Shown: positions 1 through 13,726, counted from the stretch's first letter. The stretch: 64,000 nt of DNA from Octopus sinensis (GCF_006345805.1 NC_043007.1:11842001-11906000), one strand, 5' to 3'. Program-made: numbers and translations. The notes: generated by a model not told the origin, from the sequence alone.

Positions 1-50
<50 letters not shown>

Positions 51-99
51 TAAGTATCTGTGTTGATATCTATGTATATGGTCTGGTTCTGTGTCAGTT

Positions 100-405
100 G
101 CGATGAGGGATCCAGTTGATCTGATCAGTGGAACAGCCTGCTTAGGAAACTAATATACAAGTGGGTGAGCACTCCACAGATATGCGTAACCTTTCACATA
201 GTTCTCGGGGAAATTTAGCATGACACAGAGTGTGACAAGGCTGGCCCTTTGAAAAACAGGTACAACTCATTTTTACCAGCTGAGTGGACTGGAGTAACGT
301 GAAATAAAGTGTCTTGCTCAAGGACACAATGCGTCGCCAGGAATCGAACTCACAACCTTACAATCATGAACCAAATGCCCTAATCACCAAACCATGTTCC
401 TTCAT
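100..405 (-). mobile_element. tRNA-derived SINE (related copy at ~62905-63215 +)
   Basis: Minus strand has a tRNA-like head with a B-box-like GTTCGATTCC, followed by ccttgagcaagacactttatttcacgttactccagtccactcagc; homologous to 62905-63215. Confidence 0.7.
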
Positions 406-787
406 GCATATATGACATGTATATATGTATATATGATGTATATATGACATGTGTATACGTATTTTTTTTTTATGCCCTTTTCAAGCCTAGCCAGGCTCAT
501 GGGCCCAGTTTCCCGGTTTCTGTGGCATATGTGTTCCCCCGCGGCTGGACGGGATGCCAGTCCATCGCAGCGTTACTCAAGAAACAGGAAGAAAGAGTGA
601 GAGAAAGTTGAAGCAAAAAAGTACAACAGGGGTCGCCACCACCCTCTGCTGGAGCCTCGTGGAGCTTTAGGTGTTTTCACTCAATAAACACACACAACGC
701 CTGGTCTGGGAATTGAAACTGCAATCCTCTGACCGCAAATCTGCTGCCCTAACCACTGGGCCATTGCGTCTCCGTATATACGTATAT

Positions 788-1243
788 AATAATAATAATA
801 ATGAAATTATTGTATACAGTGCTCAAGTGCACCACAACTTGTCAAAAGTGCATATAAAGCATATGCAGTAATGTACAAATGTCTGGGAAGTGAACAGTGT
901 ATGAGTCAGATACAAGCTTGCATGTGTATGGAGGGGAGAAAATCAGGTGTAGTGTTGGTGAATCTCAGGAAGCATGGAAGTTTTGAAGGATGCAGTACTC
1001 CAACAACTAACAACTGATGCTGGCAGTTTGTTCCATACTTCAGCAACTCCTAGCATGAAAAATGTTTCCGAAAGTCATGGGAGCTGTGCTGTTTTCTGAC
1101 TTTGTAACATATCCACGGGTGTTAGACAGATGGAGTTTGAAAAGGTGCTCAGAGTTATTGTTTGTAAGATGGTTAATAATTTTATGGGTGTCTGCCAAGT
1201 CATTTGCCAAATGTTGGAGTTTGAATGTATCCATGCCCAGGGA
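788..1243 (-). mobile_element. CR1/L2-type LINE 3' fragment (RT C-terminus, 3' UTR, TTA tail)
   Basis: Minus-strand translation gives DLADTHKIIN..LFKLHLSNTRG and, frameshifted, EVWNKLPASVVSCWSTASFK, the typical CR1-group ORF2 end (DL..YKI..TRGH..WN.LP..VV). Confidence 0.7.
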
Positions 1244-1306
1244 AGTAAGGTGTTATATGACGTATATATGATGTATATATGTATATATAACATGTATGTA
1301 TGTATG

Positions 1307-1336
<30 letters not shown>

Positions 1337-1337
<1 letters not shown>

Positions 1338-1763
1338 CATCATCATCATCATCGTTTAACGGCCATTCTCCATGCTAGCATGGGTTGGACGGTTCGACCG
1401 GGGATCTGGGAAGCCAGAAGGCTGCACCAGGCTCCAGTCTTATCTGGCAATGTTTCTACAGCTGGATGCCCTTCCTAACGCCAACCACCCCGTGAGTGTA
1501 GTGGGTGTTTTTTACGTGCCACCTGCACTGGTGCCAGGCGAGGCTGGCATCGGCCACAGTCGGATTGGTGCATTTTACGTGCCACCTGCACGGAAGCCAG
1601 TCGAGGCGGCACTGGCTTCGGCCACGATTCGGATGGTGCTTTTTACGTGCCACCAACACGGAAGCCAGTTGAGGCGGCGCTGGCATCGGCCACGATTCGG
1701 ATAGTGCTTTTTACGTATCTCCAGTCCAGGGGTCCTGGCATCTGCCGGGTGCCAGTCATAGGA
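1337..1763 (-). mobile_element. SINE-like element with (GAT)n tail and internal ~55-60 bp repeats (family C)
   Basis: Shares the ccatgctagcatgggttggacgg...ggatgcccttcctaacgccaaccac block with copies at ~20023-20520, 32342-32670, 36136-36450, 43160-43332, 51700-52385 and 60110-60675. Confidence 0.75.
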
Positions 1764-2334
1764 CATGTATATATGTATATATGACATATACACAAAACAG
1801 GATTCATTGCACTGTCTTGGCTCTAGGCTGCTATTTCAAGCTAAAAATGGCATCAGTTTGCTTGTGCATATGCACTGTATAACTAACTAGAAGGAAGTCC
1901 AAACGGAAACTAACTATTTTTTTCTTTTTAACTACTTGTGAGATACTTGTAACCTTGCTCTCAAATAAGTCATATGCTCTGCTGTACATGTCAGATAATT
2001 TTCATCATATTCTGGTTGCTAAACCATCACCACCAGCAGATGAATCGTTGATATTGATTCAGATATATAGATATATATATATATATTGTATTTATATATA
2101 TACCCAGACATATCAAAAGTAAACAGACACTGTTATTTTGGAAAGATTTATTTTTAAAAACGAAATAATGTCGTTTAATGCATTTGAATACTTAACCTAA
2201 TATTTGGTTAGCAGACATGCCTTGTGCAGTTTTTTGAATATTTACCAATGTGAACATCATACTAGTGACTAGTGTCCACATGGTTAAAACAGTATAATGA
2301 GGGAAATCTACTTCTGAGATGACTGTGTGAGTGT

Positions 2335-2460
2335 TTGTGTGGTAAGTAGCTTGTTTAGTAACCACATGGTTCCAGGTACAGTCCCACTGTGTGGCTATAA
2401 CCTTGGGCCAACCGAAACCTTGTGAATGGTGGACAGAAACTGAAAGAAGCCCATCATATA

Positions 2461-2497
<37 letters not shown>

Positions 2498-2686
2498 ATG
2501 TTTGTGTCTGTGTTTGTCCTTCTGTTGGTGTTTCTACATCCCCATAAGCTAGCAGTTTGGCAAAAGAGACCAATAAAATAATTACTAGGCTTACAAAGAA
2601 TAAGTTTTGGGGTCGATTTGTTTGACTAAAGGTGATGCTCCAGCATGGCCACAGTCAATTGACTGAAACAAATAAAAAAGTAAAAG
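2335..2686 (+). mobile_element. tRNA-derived SINE family A
   Basis: tgtgtggtaagtagcttg head, internal (TG)n and 3' gactgaaacaaataaaa; many homologous copies in the window. Confidence 0.75.
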
Positions 2687-2908
2687 ACTATGTATGTATA
2701 ATCTAACTGGGGAAATATGTAATTCTGGCTGCACTCATGGAAATTGCAATCCTTTTGATGTCACACACACGTTTCCTCTTGTAGTTATCAACCCAACACA
2801 TACTCTGGTGCAAGGTTAGAAATGTAATTCCATACAGATTAATTTAATTTTTCTTGAGGTTGGTTAGGTAATTTTCATGAGAAAAGGAGTCATAGAAAGC
2901 CATTTCTC

Positions 2909-2909
<1 letters not shown>

Positions 2910-3006
<97 letters not shown>

Positions 3007-3253
3007 AAGGGAGGGTAAAAAGATGTAGATTTATATACCTATATATATGTATGCATATGCACATACACATAGAGATAGATAGAGTGTATGTATGTATGTA
3101 TGTATGTATGTATGTATAGAGAGAGAGAGACAGATATGGATACATATAGAAATGTATATATGTATTTGTATTTATATATACGCAGACATATCATTAGTAA
3201 ACATATATATATACACACATATATATACACATACACACATATATATATATAGA

Positions 3254-3296
<43 letters not shown>

Positions 3297-3413
3297 ATAT
3301 ATATATGTAAATATATATGCATATATATACATTTATATATATATATATACACATACATACAAAGATATGTATGTATGTATATATATATATACATACATAT
3401 AAAGATATGTATG

Positions 3414-3450
<37 letters not shown>

Positions 3451-3463
3451 CTATATATATATA

Positions 3464-3520
<57 letters not shown>

Positions 3521-3528
3521 GATAGATA
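2910..3528. repeat. compound (TA)n/(GA)n/(TATG)n microsatellite
   Basis: Direct inspection. Confidence 0.9.
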
Positions 3529-4104
3529 CATTTCCTCTTTGAACCTGACCAATTTAGAGAAAACTTGTTATAAATTGTATCTGATTGTCAACTTTTCCTG
3601 CATCGTGTTAATCAATAGAAATATATGTCTTTCTCTACTCCTCGGCCTACTGAAAATTTTCACCTGCTGACAAGAACTATTGAAGACTCTGGGAAACTTA
3701 ATCCAATCTGAATGTATCCAACCAAGGCCTAAATGTAAACCTTGTGTGTGTGTCTGTGTGTATGTGTGTGATGGTTATAGCAAAAGTCTCTCCTTTGTTG
3801 TAATGTTATAAAACCTCGTATCAGATATATATCAGAGAATAGGTATGGGCGATTTGAAACTTGAATTGTTGTTCTGCTTCAAAATTTTCGGTAGAGCTGC
3901 CTGCCATGTTGCCATAGTAATTAATTCAAGTACAATTGTGCTAAGCTACAATGCAAAAGGTCAGTAAGCTTTTACACTTAGCTGGAAGCTTGGACTGAAC
4001 TTGTTTGCTTCGTTTTAAGACAAAATGGAAATCTCATGCTAGAAATGACAAGTATTGCAATATTGCTTTTCTTTTCAATACCTTTCACTTTCGCCCTTGT
4101 GCAA

Positions 4105-4137
<33 letters not shown>

Positions 4138-4447
4138 CTCTCCCTCTCTCTATCTATCTATCTATTTCTGTTTTTCTCTATCTCTGTGTATCTCTCCCTC
4201 TCTCTATCTATCTATCTATGTATCTCTACTTTTTCTCTATCTCTGTCTGTCTGTCTCTCTCTCTCTCTTTATCTATCTATCTATCTATCTATCTATCTCT
4301 CCCTATCTATTTCTATCTATCTATCTATATCTATCCATCTATTTTTATTTATCTGTCTATCTATTCATCTATCTCTATCTCTATCTATTTCTATCTCTCT
4401 CTCTATCTATCTATTTTGCTAGCTAGCTATCTACCTATCTATATCTG

Positions 4448-4500
<53 letters not shown>

Positions 4501-4622
4501 TTATCAATCTATTTATTTATTTATTTATCTATCTATCTCTATCTCCCTATCTATTTCTATCTCTCTCTATCTATCTTTATATTTATCTATCTATCTATCT
4601 ATCTATCTATCTCTCGCTCTTC

Positions 4623-4672
<50 letters not shown>

Positions 4673-4706
4673 CTCGCTCTTCCTATCTATCTATCTCTCG
4701 CTCTTC

Positions 4707-4746
<40 letters not shown>

Positions 4747-4821
4747 TTATCAATCTATTTATTTATTTATTTATCTATCTATCTCTATCTCCTATCTATT
4801 TCTATCTCTCTCTATCTATCT

Positions 4822-4862
<41 letters not shown>

Positions 4863-4963
4863 TTATCAATCTATTTATTATTTATTTATCTATCTATCTC
4901 TATCTCCCGATCTATTTCTATCTCTCTCTATCTATCTTTCTATCTATCTATCTCTCGCTCTTC

Positions 4964-5017
<54 letters not shown>
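4105..5017. repeat. ~0.9 kb (TCTA)n/(CT)n compound microsatellite
   Basis: Direct inspection; explains the 350-aa LSIY ORF. Confidence 0.95.
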
Positions 5018-5019
<2 letters not shown>

Positions 5020-5261
5020 GCATGCTGTGGCACTTGTTGAGTATTTACAGGAGGTGATGAAGCTTTCCTGGCTTTGGGTAAAAGAAAATACAGGAGGGTC
5101 AATTAATCATGATTTTATTCAACATATTCCCCTCTCATTATTTACATTATTTACAATTGACAGGTATTTGTCCTCATCTTGCATGCATCGTTTTTGTCCT
5201 GCTTTTCTTCCGTGAACCTGTATATAACTGCACCTTCCATTTTTTGTTGTTTTTGTACTGC

Positions 5262-5490
5262 TTAACCCTTTCATTACCAGCCCGGCCAAAACTGGCTCTA
5301 GCTCTGTAGTACAAATGTCTTGTTTTCATAAGTTTTGCATTGAAATATACCTCTAAGCCTTAGTCACAATTTATGTTCCTAACACTTGCTGAATGATAAC
5401 TAAGTTATTTTACTAAATTCTTTGTTATATTTAAAGTAATTTAAAGAAACACAGAGCATCTCAAAATAAATACAGTATCGAAAGGGTTAA
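5262..5490. mobile_element. piggyBac-type MITE (TTAA TSD, CCCTTTC/GAAAGGG ends)
   Basis: TTAA-CCCTTTC...GAAAGGG-TTAA; second full copy at 16488-16719 and an inverted terminal fragment at ~19575-19624. Confidence 0.8.
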
Positions 5491-6344
5491 AGGCACGTTT
5501 CTTTCCTGTCAAGCTTACTGTTTAAACCATGTTTGTGTTTTCCCAGTCAACAGCCTTATCATTACTGGTACTTTAAACTCTTCGGTTGCATATTTGTGTG
5601 AATAAAATCGTTTTTCTTTGGAATAGAAAAAAAAAGTCTATCTTTATTTCTTCTTTTGCTGGTGTCTCAAATTTAGGTTAAATCAGTGTTTCTCAAAGGG
5701 GAGGCCTATGGGGCAGTCAGACAAGTTGTCTTGAGAAAATTTGGTTTAAATGTTTGACAACTCAGCACCGTCCATTGGACAAGGGGCGGTTTGCTTGTGT
5801 TATGATAAAAGCAATTACCAATTTTCAACTGAAATTCTTCATTTACATCTAAATGCTTTGAGGGTTGGTCGGGTGGCTGGAGTAAAAAGTATGCATTAGT
5901 CTTCTATTAAAAGTCCATTCACATCTGGGATGATTTATAGGAATATTAAATCGAACCCAGTACTTGACTGGTACTTTATTTTATGTCACCCAAACTTATT
6001 ACTCTTCTTTCGAAATTTGCGGTGTGGCAGTTGTGCAAGAATTAATAATGACCATCAGCAATGTACCATTATTTCCATCACCAACCACTAACCATCTCTA
6101 CCGTTATATAATCAATAAGGTCTTTTTTTTTTCTCAAATTTTATTTCTAACCATTTTCTTTTCTTTTTTTTTTTTTGCTTATCTTTTTTTGTTTTGTTTT
6201 TTCAATTTCCGTAAACTGAAATTGATTACAAGTTCTAAAATAACAACTTAATAATTTATCGGCTCAAGTTGCCTTTTCTATTCTTAGCAATCATAGTTAA
6301 TCAGTTGTCTTCTTGACTTCTTCTTTTCCATCATTATTCTTATT

Positions 6345-6360
6345 CTTATTGCTGTTGTTG

Positions 6361-6406
<46 letters not shown>

Positions 6407-6612
6407 TATTATTATTATTATTATTGTTATTATTATCATTATTATTATTATTATTATTATAATCATTATTATTATCATTATTATTATTATCATTATTATT
6501 ATTATCATTATTATTATTATTATTACTATTATTATTATTATTATTGTTATTATTATTATTCTCATCATCATCATCATTATTATTATTATTATTATCATTA
6601 TTATTATTATTA
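6345..6612. repeat. (TTA)n/(TCA)n microsatellite
   Basis: Direct inspection. Confidence 0.9.
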
Positions 6613-7711
6613 TTTCATTACTCCATTTTAAAACTGTGGTGATTTTCTTATTTGGTAATTGAACATTTTGGATTTTTTATTTATTTATTTATTTATTTAT
6701 TGTTTTTTGTTTTGTTTTGATGTATGGATGGATGGAAAGAGTTGGTCGTTTTCATGTTTCTTCTTCAAAGTCCCTGTCCATTTTAATTTCTCTGCATTTG
6801 TTGTCAATATTTCCATTTAGCCACCAATTTTATTATTACAAGAAGCAAAAAAAAAAATCATGCAGTTACACTAAATCATACACTCTTCTTAGATGATGAG
6901 GATAATAATTATGATGATGATGACCACCACCATCATCATCATCATCATCATCATCATGCTGGTGTTGTTTGTGGTGATGATGGTTTTTCTGTTCTTGTCC
7001 TTGTTTTCTATTTGGATATTCTTTCAAGTTCGATAATGTTTTATTTGTTCATTAGAAATAGCAGAATTAAAATAACGATGGGCTAAACGCTTTGTGGTAT
7101 TTAGCATTTTGTTGTGCCATACAGAGTTTCAAGTTTGAATTCTTTAATTTGGGGGAGCGGGTTAATTTCACTTCACCTAGATTGATAAAATAACTGCGAT
7201 TAATATTTTGAGATTGGTTCTGTGAAATGTTCTTTTGTCTTTCCTACAAAAACGAGTCTCATTGCTTAAGGACAAAAAAGTAAAAAAAAGAGAAAAAAAA
7301 ATGCATACCGTGTCCTCCGTGGGGAAATATTGCCTTACTTGGAAACAGGTGAAGATTGGTGACAGGAAGGGTGTCTGGGTGTATAAAATCTGCCTCAGCA
7401 GATTCCATTTGACTTAGAGAAGCATGGGAAAGTGGATGTTAAAATGATGTTGATGATGATGATGATGATGTGTGTGTGTGTGTCATCATCATCATCATCA
7501 TTGTTTAGTGTCTGACTTCCTAGCATGGGTAGGACAGTTGACAGGAGCTGGCCAGGTAGAAGACTACTTCAAGCCACTGTGTCTGTATGCATATATATAT
7601 ATATTATATATATATATATATATATATTATACATACACACACACACACACACAGATAGATAGATAGATTCATCTCTCTCTCTCTCTCTCTCTGTATATAT
7701 ATATAATATAT

Positions 7712-7909
7712 AGTTGCCATGATTGATCATTAGCCACTACACACATTTTTTTCTCTCACCTTGTTTCTCTCCTTGTTTTCTGTGTCCCTTTCTGTAGAAG
7801 AGTGTAGGCTCGAAACGTAAAAGACTTTTCTATTCCTGAGCATTATACTAATACATCTGTTTGTTTTGTACACCACCTGTCTTCGTCTTTTGTTTTTTTC
7901 ATAAACTCT

Positions 7910-7912
<3 letters not shown>
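7712..7912 (+). mobile_element. short Penelope-like/retrozyme-type element in (TA)n, with hammerhead-like motif
   Basis: Homologous to 17718-17882 (-) and 17915-18086 (+); flanked by TA repeats; contains CTTT-CTGTAGA-A-GAGT-GTAG-GCTC-GAAAC-GTA-AAAG. Confidence 0.6.
7788..7823 (+). ncRNA. minimal type I hammerhead ribozyme-like motif, variant core CUGUAGA
   Basis: Stem I CTTT/AAAG, stem II GAGT/GCTC, GAAA, self-complementary ACGT stem III, GUA cleavage triplet; core position 6 is U instead of A. Confidence 0.5.
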
Positions 7913-7960
<48 letters not shown>

Positions 7961-8612
7961 ATATATAAAATATAATTTTTCCTATATCACTACATGCATG
8001 CTGTCACATATTATTATTATTAATTATTTATTAATATCTTTTCACATTTTATATATAATATATATACACAGATAGATAGATTCATATATATATATATATT
8101 TTATTTATCTTTATTTTTATTTGGATATATATTTTTTATATACATACCCGTAGTATATAATATATGTATATATATATATGAATATATATATATGTATAAT
8201 ATTATATATATATATATATATAATATATATATATATATATGAGAAAGGGGAGCAAGAGAAGGAGAGAGAGTGTGTGTGTGTTTCACTTAATACTGTTTAA
8301 ATATTTTCCTTCACTGATTTAAGTTTGAGTGCAGTTATATTATTTACCCATCTTGATTTTCATAAATTAGCAACTTCGTTAGGCGACTTCCTTCAACCTG
8401 CTTGCTTCTGTTGATGCAAGTCCAAACGCCATCCTGCTTCATGGCTCGGTAATTTTCCTCATCAAGCTCTACCAATATTTGCTTCTACAGTTCACACAGA
8501 ATATTTAAATCTGCAGGAAGTTTACTAGCAGCAAAAAGAAACGAATGTGAAATAATGATTTCTCTCAAAAAGTGATTTCTTTTTTACAGAATTTTTAGCT
8601 TGTCTATTTCAC

Positions 8613-8675
<63 letters not shown>

Positions 8676-9000
8676 ACATTTGCACATGTTCATAGATTAT
8701 GGTTGAATTGCCAAACCTTTACTGGAGTTCAATGTATTAACATTATCCTCCTAATCTAGTAGGACAGGAATGTGTCATTTTAAAAGTTACGGCAGTAGAG
8801 GCAATCATATTGAACTGACATACACTGGGTTTGACTGATCAAGTTCTCAGTGTTTTGTCGATGGCCTCATTGATTTCTTTTTTATATTTCTTCAGCAGTT
8901 CCTTATCTATAATGGAAAACTAAATTCTATCATTTCTGATAGTGCATTATTTCACACATGTTTGCCTGCCATACGTGACAATATTTCTACCTTGTTAAGA

Positions 9001-9350
9001 TCTTAGGTTTATTGATTTCAGCTAGAGTATGTGGCCATGCTAGAACATTGCTATTAAAAACTGATGTCAAATAGAAAATAAAAAAAAGATACACCAAAAT
9101 ACATATTCTTCTTTCAACAAGACTTGAACCTGTAATCCCCAGCTCAGAAGGCCAGTGCCTACAAAGGTCTTAGGTTTATTCTTTTGTCAGTCTCATCCAG
9201 AGGCTGTGGCCATGCTGGGATACTACCATTAAATAATTTCAAATTGGAAATTTAAAAATAAAGTCAAAATACAAATTCTACCTCTGACAGTACTTGAACC
9301 TACAATCCTTAGCTTAAGAGGCTGGTGCTTTATCCATTCGGCAATTGTCA
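9001..9350 (-). pseudogene. two tandem degenerate units with tRNA-Arg-like heads (old SINE or tRNA pseudogene)
   Basis: Reverse complement of ~9280-9348 reads gccgaatggataaagcaccagcctcttaagctaaggattgtaggttcaagt, resembling tRNA-Arg(CCU); the ~170-bp unit beginning tcttaggtttatt occurs at 9001 and ~9169. Confidence 0.5.
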
Positions 9351-9634
9351 TCAATAGAAGTTGCTTGTTTCATTCCTATAATTTACTCTGCTACTGAGTG
9401 AAGTGTTACATGAACCATATTTTGTGATTCATCCATCTCTTGAGCAAGTTTTACTCTATTCTCATGTTTATTTGGTCATAAGAGACACAAAACCTAATTG
9501 TATAGAGCCATGTATAACCAATAGAAACAATATCTGTATAATTACTGCTTTGTTTCAAAACAATGAGAGTCAAAACCTCTATATAGCTGCTCAGCCTGCT
9601 AGAAATAACAACCAGCTCTTCCTCAAATTGCACT

Positions 9635-10205
9635 TTAACCCTTAAGCATTCAGATTATTCTGTCAAATGTATCTGAGACCTCCTTCAGTCATGACTGACC
9701 ATGGGATTGCCCCTAGAAATTTACCCTCCCAGGCACAAGTCCGAGCAAGGTTGTTTATGGAAGACCAGCAGTTGCCCATGCATACCGGCCTCCTCTCTCC
9801 ATGCCACCAGTGTTATCCAAGGGAAAGGCAAAGGCAAAGGCTGATACAGCTTGGCATCAGTGATGCCACAACTCATTTCTACAGCTGAGTGAACTGGAGC
9901 AACGTGAAATAAAGTGTTTTGCTCAAGAACAAAACACGCAGCCCGGTCCAGGATTCAAACTCACAACTTCACAATCGTAAGCTCAACGCTCTAACCACTG
10001 AGCCATGCGCCTTCACATGTAATGCTTGTTTATTCACATTGTTTTGAATGAATCCTGCATTATCTTGTAGTTTTGAGAATTTGATGATGTGATTGTTTTC
10101 AGAGTGACATTGTAGGGTATGCATGAGAAGCCAAATCTAGCCAGTTTGAACATAAAACGAGACAGAATATTTGAACCAGATACAGGTGGCTTAAATGATA
10201 AAGGG
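9635..10205. mobile_element. second piggyBac-type MITE family, interrupted by a SINE (~9672-10016, -)
   Basis: TTAACCCTTAAGCATTCAG start and AAATGATAAAGGG end; reverse-complement homology to the element at 44299-45806. Confidence 0.6.
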
Positions 10206-10509
10206 CCAAAGAAGCTTTCCAGAGAAGAAGTGTCCTTAGAGATTGACAAGGTGTTAACAGCTGGAATGCTTTTGATCAAAGTCTGCCTCTGGAAGTTGAA
10301 CTGTTGAGAAACAATGACAAGAACATCTTGTTTTATCAATTCCTAAAGGAATGAAAGATACAGTCGTATGCAGCTGATTCTGAAATAAGAATTAAAAGGA
10401 AGAAAACTAGGCTATGTAATGCCTTGGGTTCCCTGCTCGGTCAATTCTTTTGTGGTAAAATTTCCTCAACTAGTCTCTCCTTTGAAAGTAAAGTCATAAC
10501 AAGACTCAG

Positions 10510-10872
10510 CTCTGTCTCTCCTCCTCTCCCTCTCTCCTCCTCTCTCCTCTCCCTCTCTCTCCTCTCACTCTCTTTCCTCTCACTCTCTCTCTCTCCTCTC
10601 CCCTCTCTCATCTCCCCTCTCTCCTCTCACTCTCTTTCCTCTCACTCTCTCTCCTCTCATTCTCTTTCCTCTCACTCTCTCTCCTCTCCCTCTATCTCCT
10701 CTCCCCTCTCTCATCTCCCCCTCGCCTCTCCCCCTCGCCTCTCCCTCTCATCTCTCCCTCTCTCCCTCTCCCTCTCTCTCTCCTCTCTCCCTCTCTCCTC
10801 TCCCCCTCTTTCCTCTTACTCTCTCTCCCCTCTCTCCCTCTCCCTCATCTCCTCCTCTCTCTTTCCCTCCCT
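10510..10872. repeat. polypyrimidine (CT/CCT-rich) low-complexity tract
   Basis: Direct inspection. Confidence 0.9.
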
Positions 10873-11413
10873 TGAGTGACTGCTGAAGCTTTGATAACCA
10901 TATTTATTTAAACATTCATCAGAAATGTCTTCCTTCTAAAGATAAAATATTTCCTACATGCCAGCATCTTTGTCATCGCTGTAGTCACCTGATGACTGGT
11001 CTGCTGTGTTGTGGAGCTCGTAATTATGTCAAAGAATATACTGGTTGCTTATTTTCGTTTCTCCATTGTGCATTATACGGACATAGAGTTGGAATCATTA
11101 CAATTATTCCTCTCCCGAAGAAGGAAAATTCCTGTCGCTTGTGAAATCAGTAGGGAGGGGCTGTAATCACCTGTTGTCGGTTGGATATCAATGTTTAAGG
11201 ATTAGGCAAACACATTTAGGCTCTCTTCGTCATTGGATATATTCATATTTTACCTATGTGTGAAGAGTATAAATAATTACACACTCAGAGGCACACACAC
11301 ACACACAAACAAGTGAGAATATGTATTTATAAATATGTGTGTGTGTCTATATATATATGTGTGTGTGTGAGTGGGTGTTTATATGTATATGTGTGTGTAT
11401 GTGTGTTTATATG

Positions 11414-11460
<47 letters not shown>

Positions 11461-11934
11461 ATGTATATATGTGTGTGTATGTATATATATATATGTATAT
11501 TCATGTATATATATTATATATATATGTTTGTGTGTGTATGTATATATATATATGTATATTTATGTATATATATATATATGTTTGTGTGCATATATATGCA
11601 TGTATATATATAATGTTTGTACATTTATATATGTTTATCATCATCATCATCATTTAGCGTCCGTTTTCCATGCTAGCATGGGTTGGACGGTTCTACTGGG
11701 GTCTGTGAAGCCATATATATATATATATATGTGTATGTATATATATAGGTGTGTGTATGTGTTACCTTCGAAACACGCATTGAGTCGAAACAGGGGCAGC
11801 TGATGAAGGGGAATATTCCTTGTATTGTTTGTCTTGTACTCTGTTTTTTCATTGTTAAAAAAAAGTCTGTTTCCTCGTTTGATTTTATGTTTTCATTTCT
11901 CGTTGTGTTCTATGTTTATTTGTGGTGTCCTGTA

Positions 11935-12054
<120 letters not shown>

Positions 12055-12141
12055 TGTATATATACATATAGATGTAAGTATGTACATATATGTATGTATG
12101 CATATGTTTTACTTATTAAATTGCTATTATATATATATAGG

Positions 12142-12173
<32 letters not shown>

Positions 12174-13084
12174 GAGTGAGAGAGAGAGAAAGTGTGTTGC
12201 ATGTGTGTTTAGATATAATGTGTATTAAATACAGATGCAGAATGGAAAATGTACCGAAATCCGAGGCAATGAACTAAATTCCAGTGAAATTCATGTTTTC
12301 CTCTCTCTCCTCTATTATTGTTCTCATCTCTGCTGCAACCACAGGAACACATGAATGAATGAACGCAAAAATAATTAAAAATAAATTAATAGATACTACT
12401 TGCTTGCTTTTCCTTGGGGAAGTTTTCATTTTTATCACTTGATAACATTTTTAGATTAATTTGACATAAATTTAGAGACATGTACAGAATTAAGGAACTA
12501 AAGCAATACCTCGTGGAGAAAGACTATTTTAATTATTGAAGCTTATAGAGGAAATTTTTCTCAATTTCACCCCGTATAAAAGACAAACTAAAAGTAGTAT
12601 AATATCTTCTTATTTCAATTATATCAGCTTCTATTTCTGTAACTCGGTACAAGAACAAGTAAGACAAATCTATAATCTTGATTAGTCAAGTATGTTGGCA
12701 GTGTGAGATATTACTTACAGAACAAGAGAAACAGGACGAGGTTAATTGCCAGAACTAATGGCCTGTCTTTAATTCTATATTAAAGTGTATTATTATATTA
12801 TATTATATTGTTAGCACACTGGACAAAATGCTTTGTGGCATTGTGTTTGTCCTTACATTCTGAGTTCAAATCCTGCCGAGGTCAGTTTTGCCTTTTATCC
12901 TTTCAGGGTCAATAAAATAAGTACTAGTTGCACACTAGGGTCAATTTAAGTGTCTTACCCCATCTCCTAAAATTGCTGGCCTTGCGCCAAAATTTGAAAT
13001 CATTATTGTTATTATTATTATTATTAACCCATGCTAGCATGGAAAGCGGACGTTAAATGATGATGATGATGATGATTATTATTA

Positions 13085-13722
13085 TTTATGGGTTTTTCTC
13101 CTTCTTTCAAATTTGCTTCCATTTCTTGCCGAGTGTCTTCTCGACTCCTAGGGCAAAGAAACTCATAGTATACATTGGTAGGCCATTAAACTAAACTCAC
13201 TAGTTTGTTCATTTTTTTTTTTTTGATAGAAATAAAGTTAAATTAAAATACATGGGTAGTAATAGTTCTCACATCAACAATGCTCTTCTCAATACGTGTG
13301 ATGTACCCGTTAAGACAATCTTTTGCACTTCTTGCAGGGATGGTAAGCCAGGGATCATTCTCATAATTTTCGGTTCCCTTCTTGATCATTCCTAGTGCTC
13401 CTACGATCACTGGTATTGTAACCACCTTGAGATGCCACATTTTCTCAATTTCAATGAGCAGGTCTTTATATTTTCTGAGCTTGTCAAATTCTTTCGCCGA
13501 GATATTATGATCACAGGGGATGCTCATGTCAATCAATAAGCAAACTTTATTGTTTTGGTCTTTCACAACAATATCCGGTTTATTGGCTTTGATGGTTCGG
13601 TCTGTATGTACTGGAAAGTCCCACAGAATCATTACATTTTCTCCTTCAGTTACAGCTTCAGGGTGGTGATTATACCACTTGTCGGCAGTTTTGATATTGT
13701 AATGCCGACTTATTAGCCAGTG
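13085..13722 (-). mobile_element. R4/Dong-type non-LTR retrotransposon 3' fragment with restriction-like endonuclease domain
   Basis: ORF 13243-13632 ILWDFPVHTDRTIKANKPDIVVKD..CLLIDMSIP..KLRKYKDLLIEIEKMW..PVIVGALG is the RLE (PD..D) C-terminal signature; frameshifted near the end; flanked by TTA repeats. Confidence 0.8.
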
Positions 13723-13726
13723 TAGA

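Noticed and set aside
4005-5057. 350-aa ORF and similar YI/CV/HT/poly-L/poly-N ORFs across the window
   Set aside because: These are translations of microsatellites with no coding signal.
5684-5720. hAT-type TIR start CAGTGTTTCTCAAA
   Set aside because: No matching right TIR or 8-bp TSD was found.
8348-8484. Possible minus-strand exon (KQILVELDEENYRAMKQDGVWTCINRSKQVEGSRLTKLLIYENQD) between AG and GT
   Set aside because: Weak polypyrimidine tract, no recognisable homology and no partner exons found; compatible with chance.
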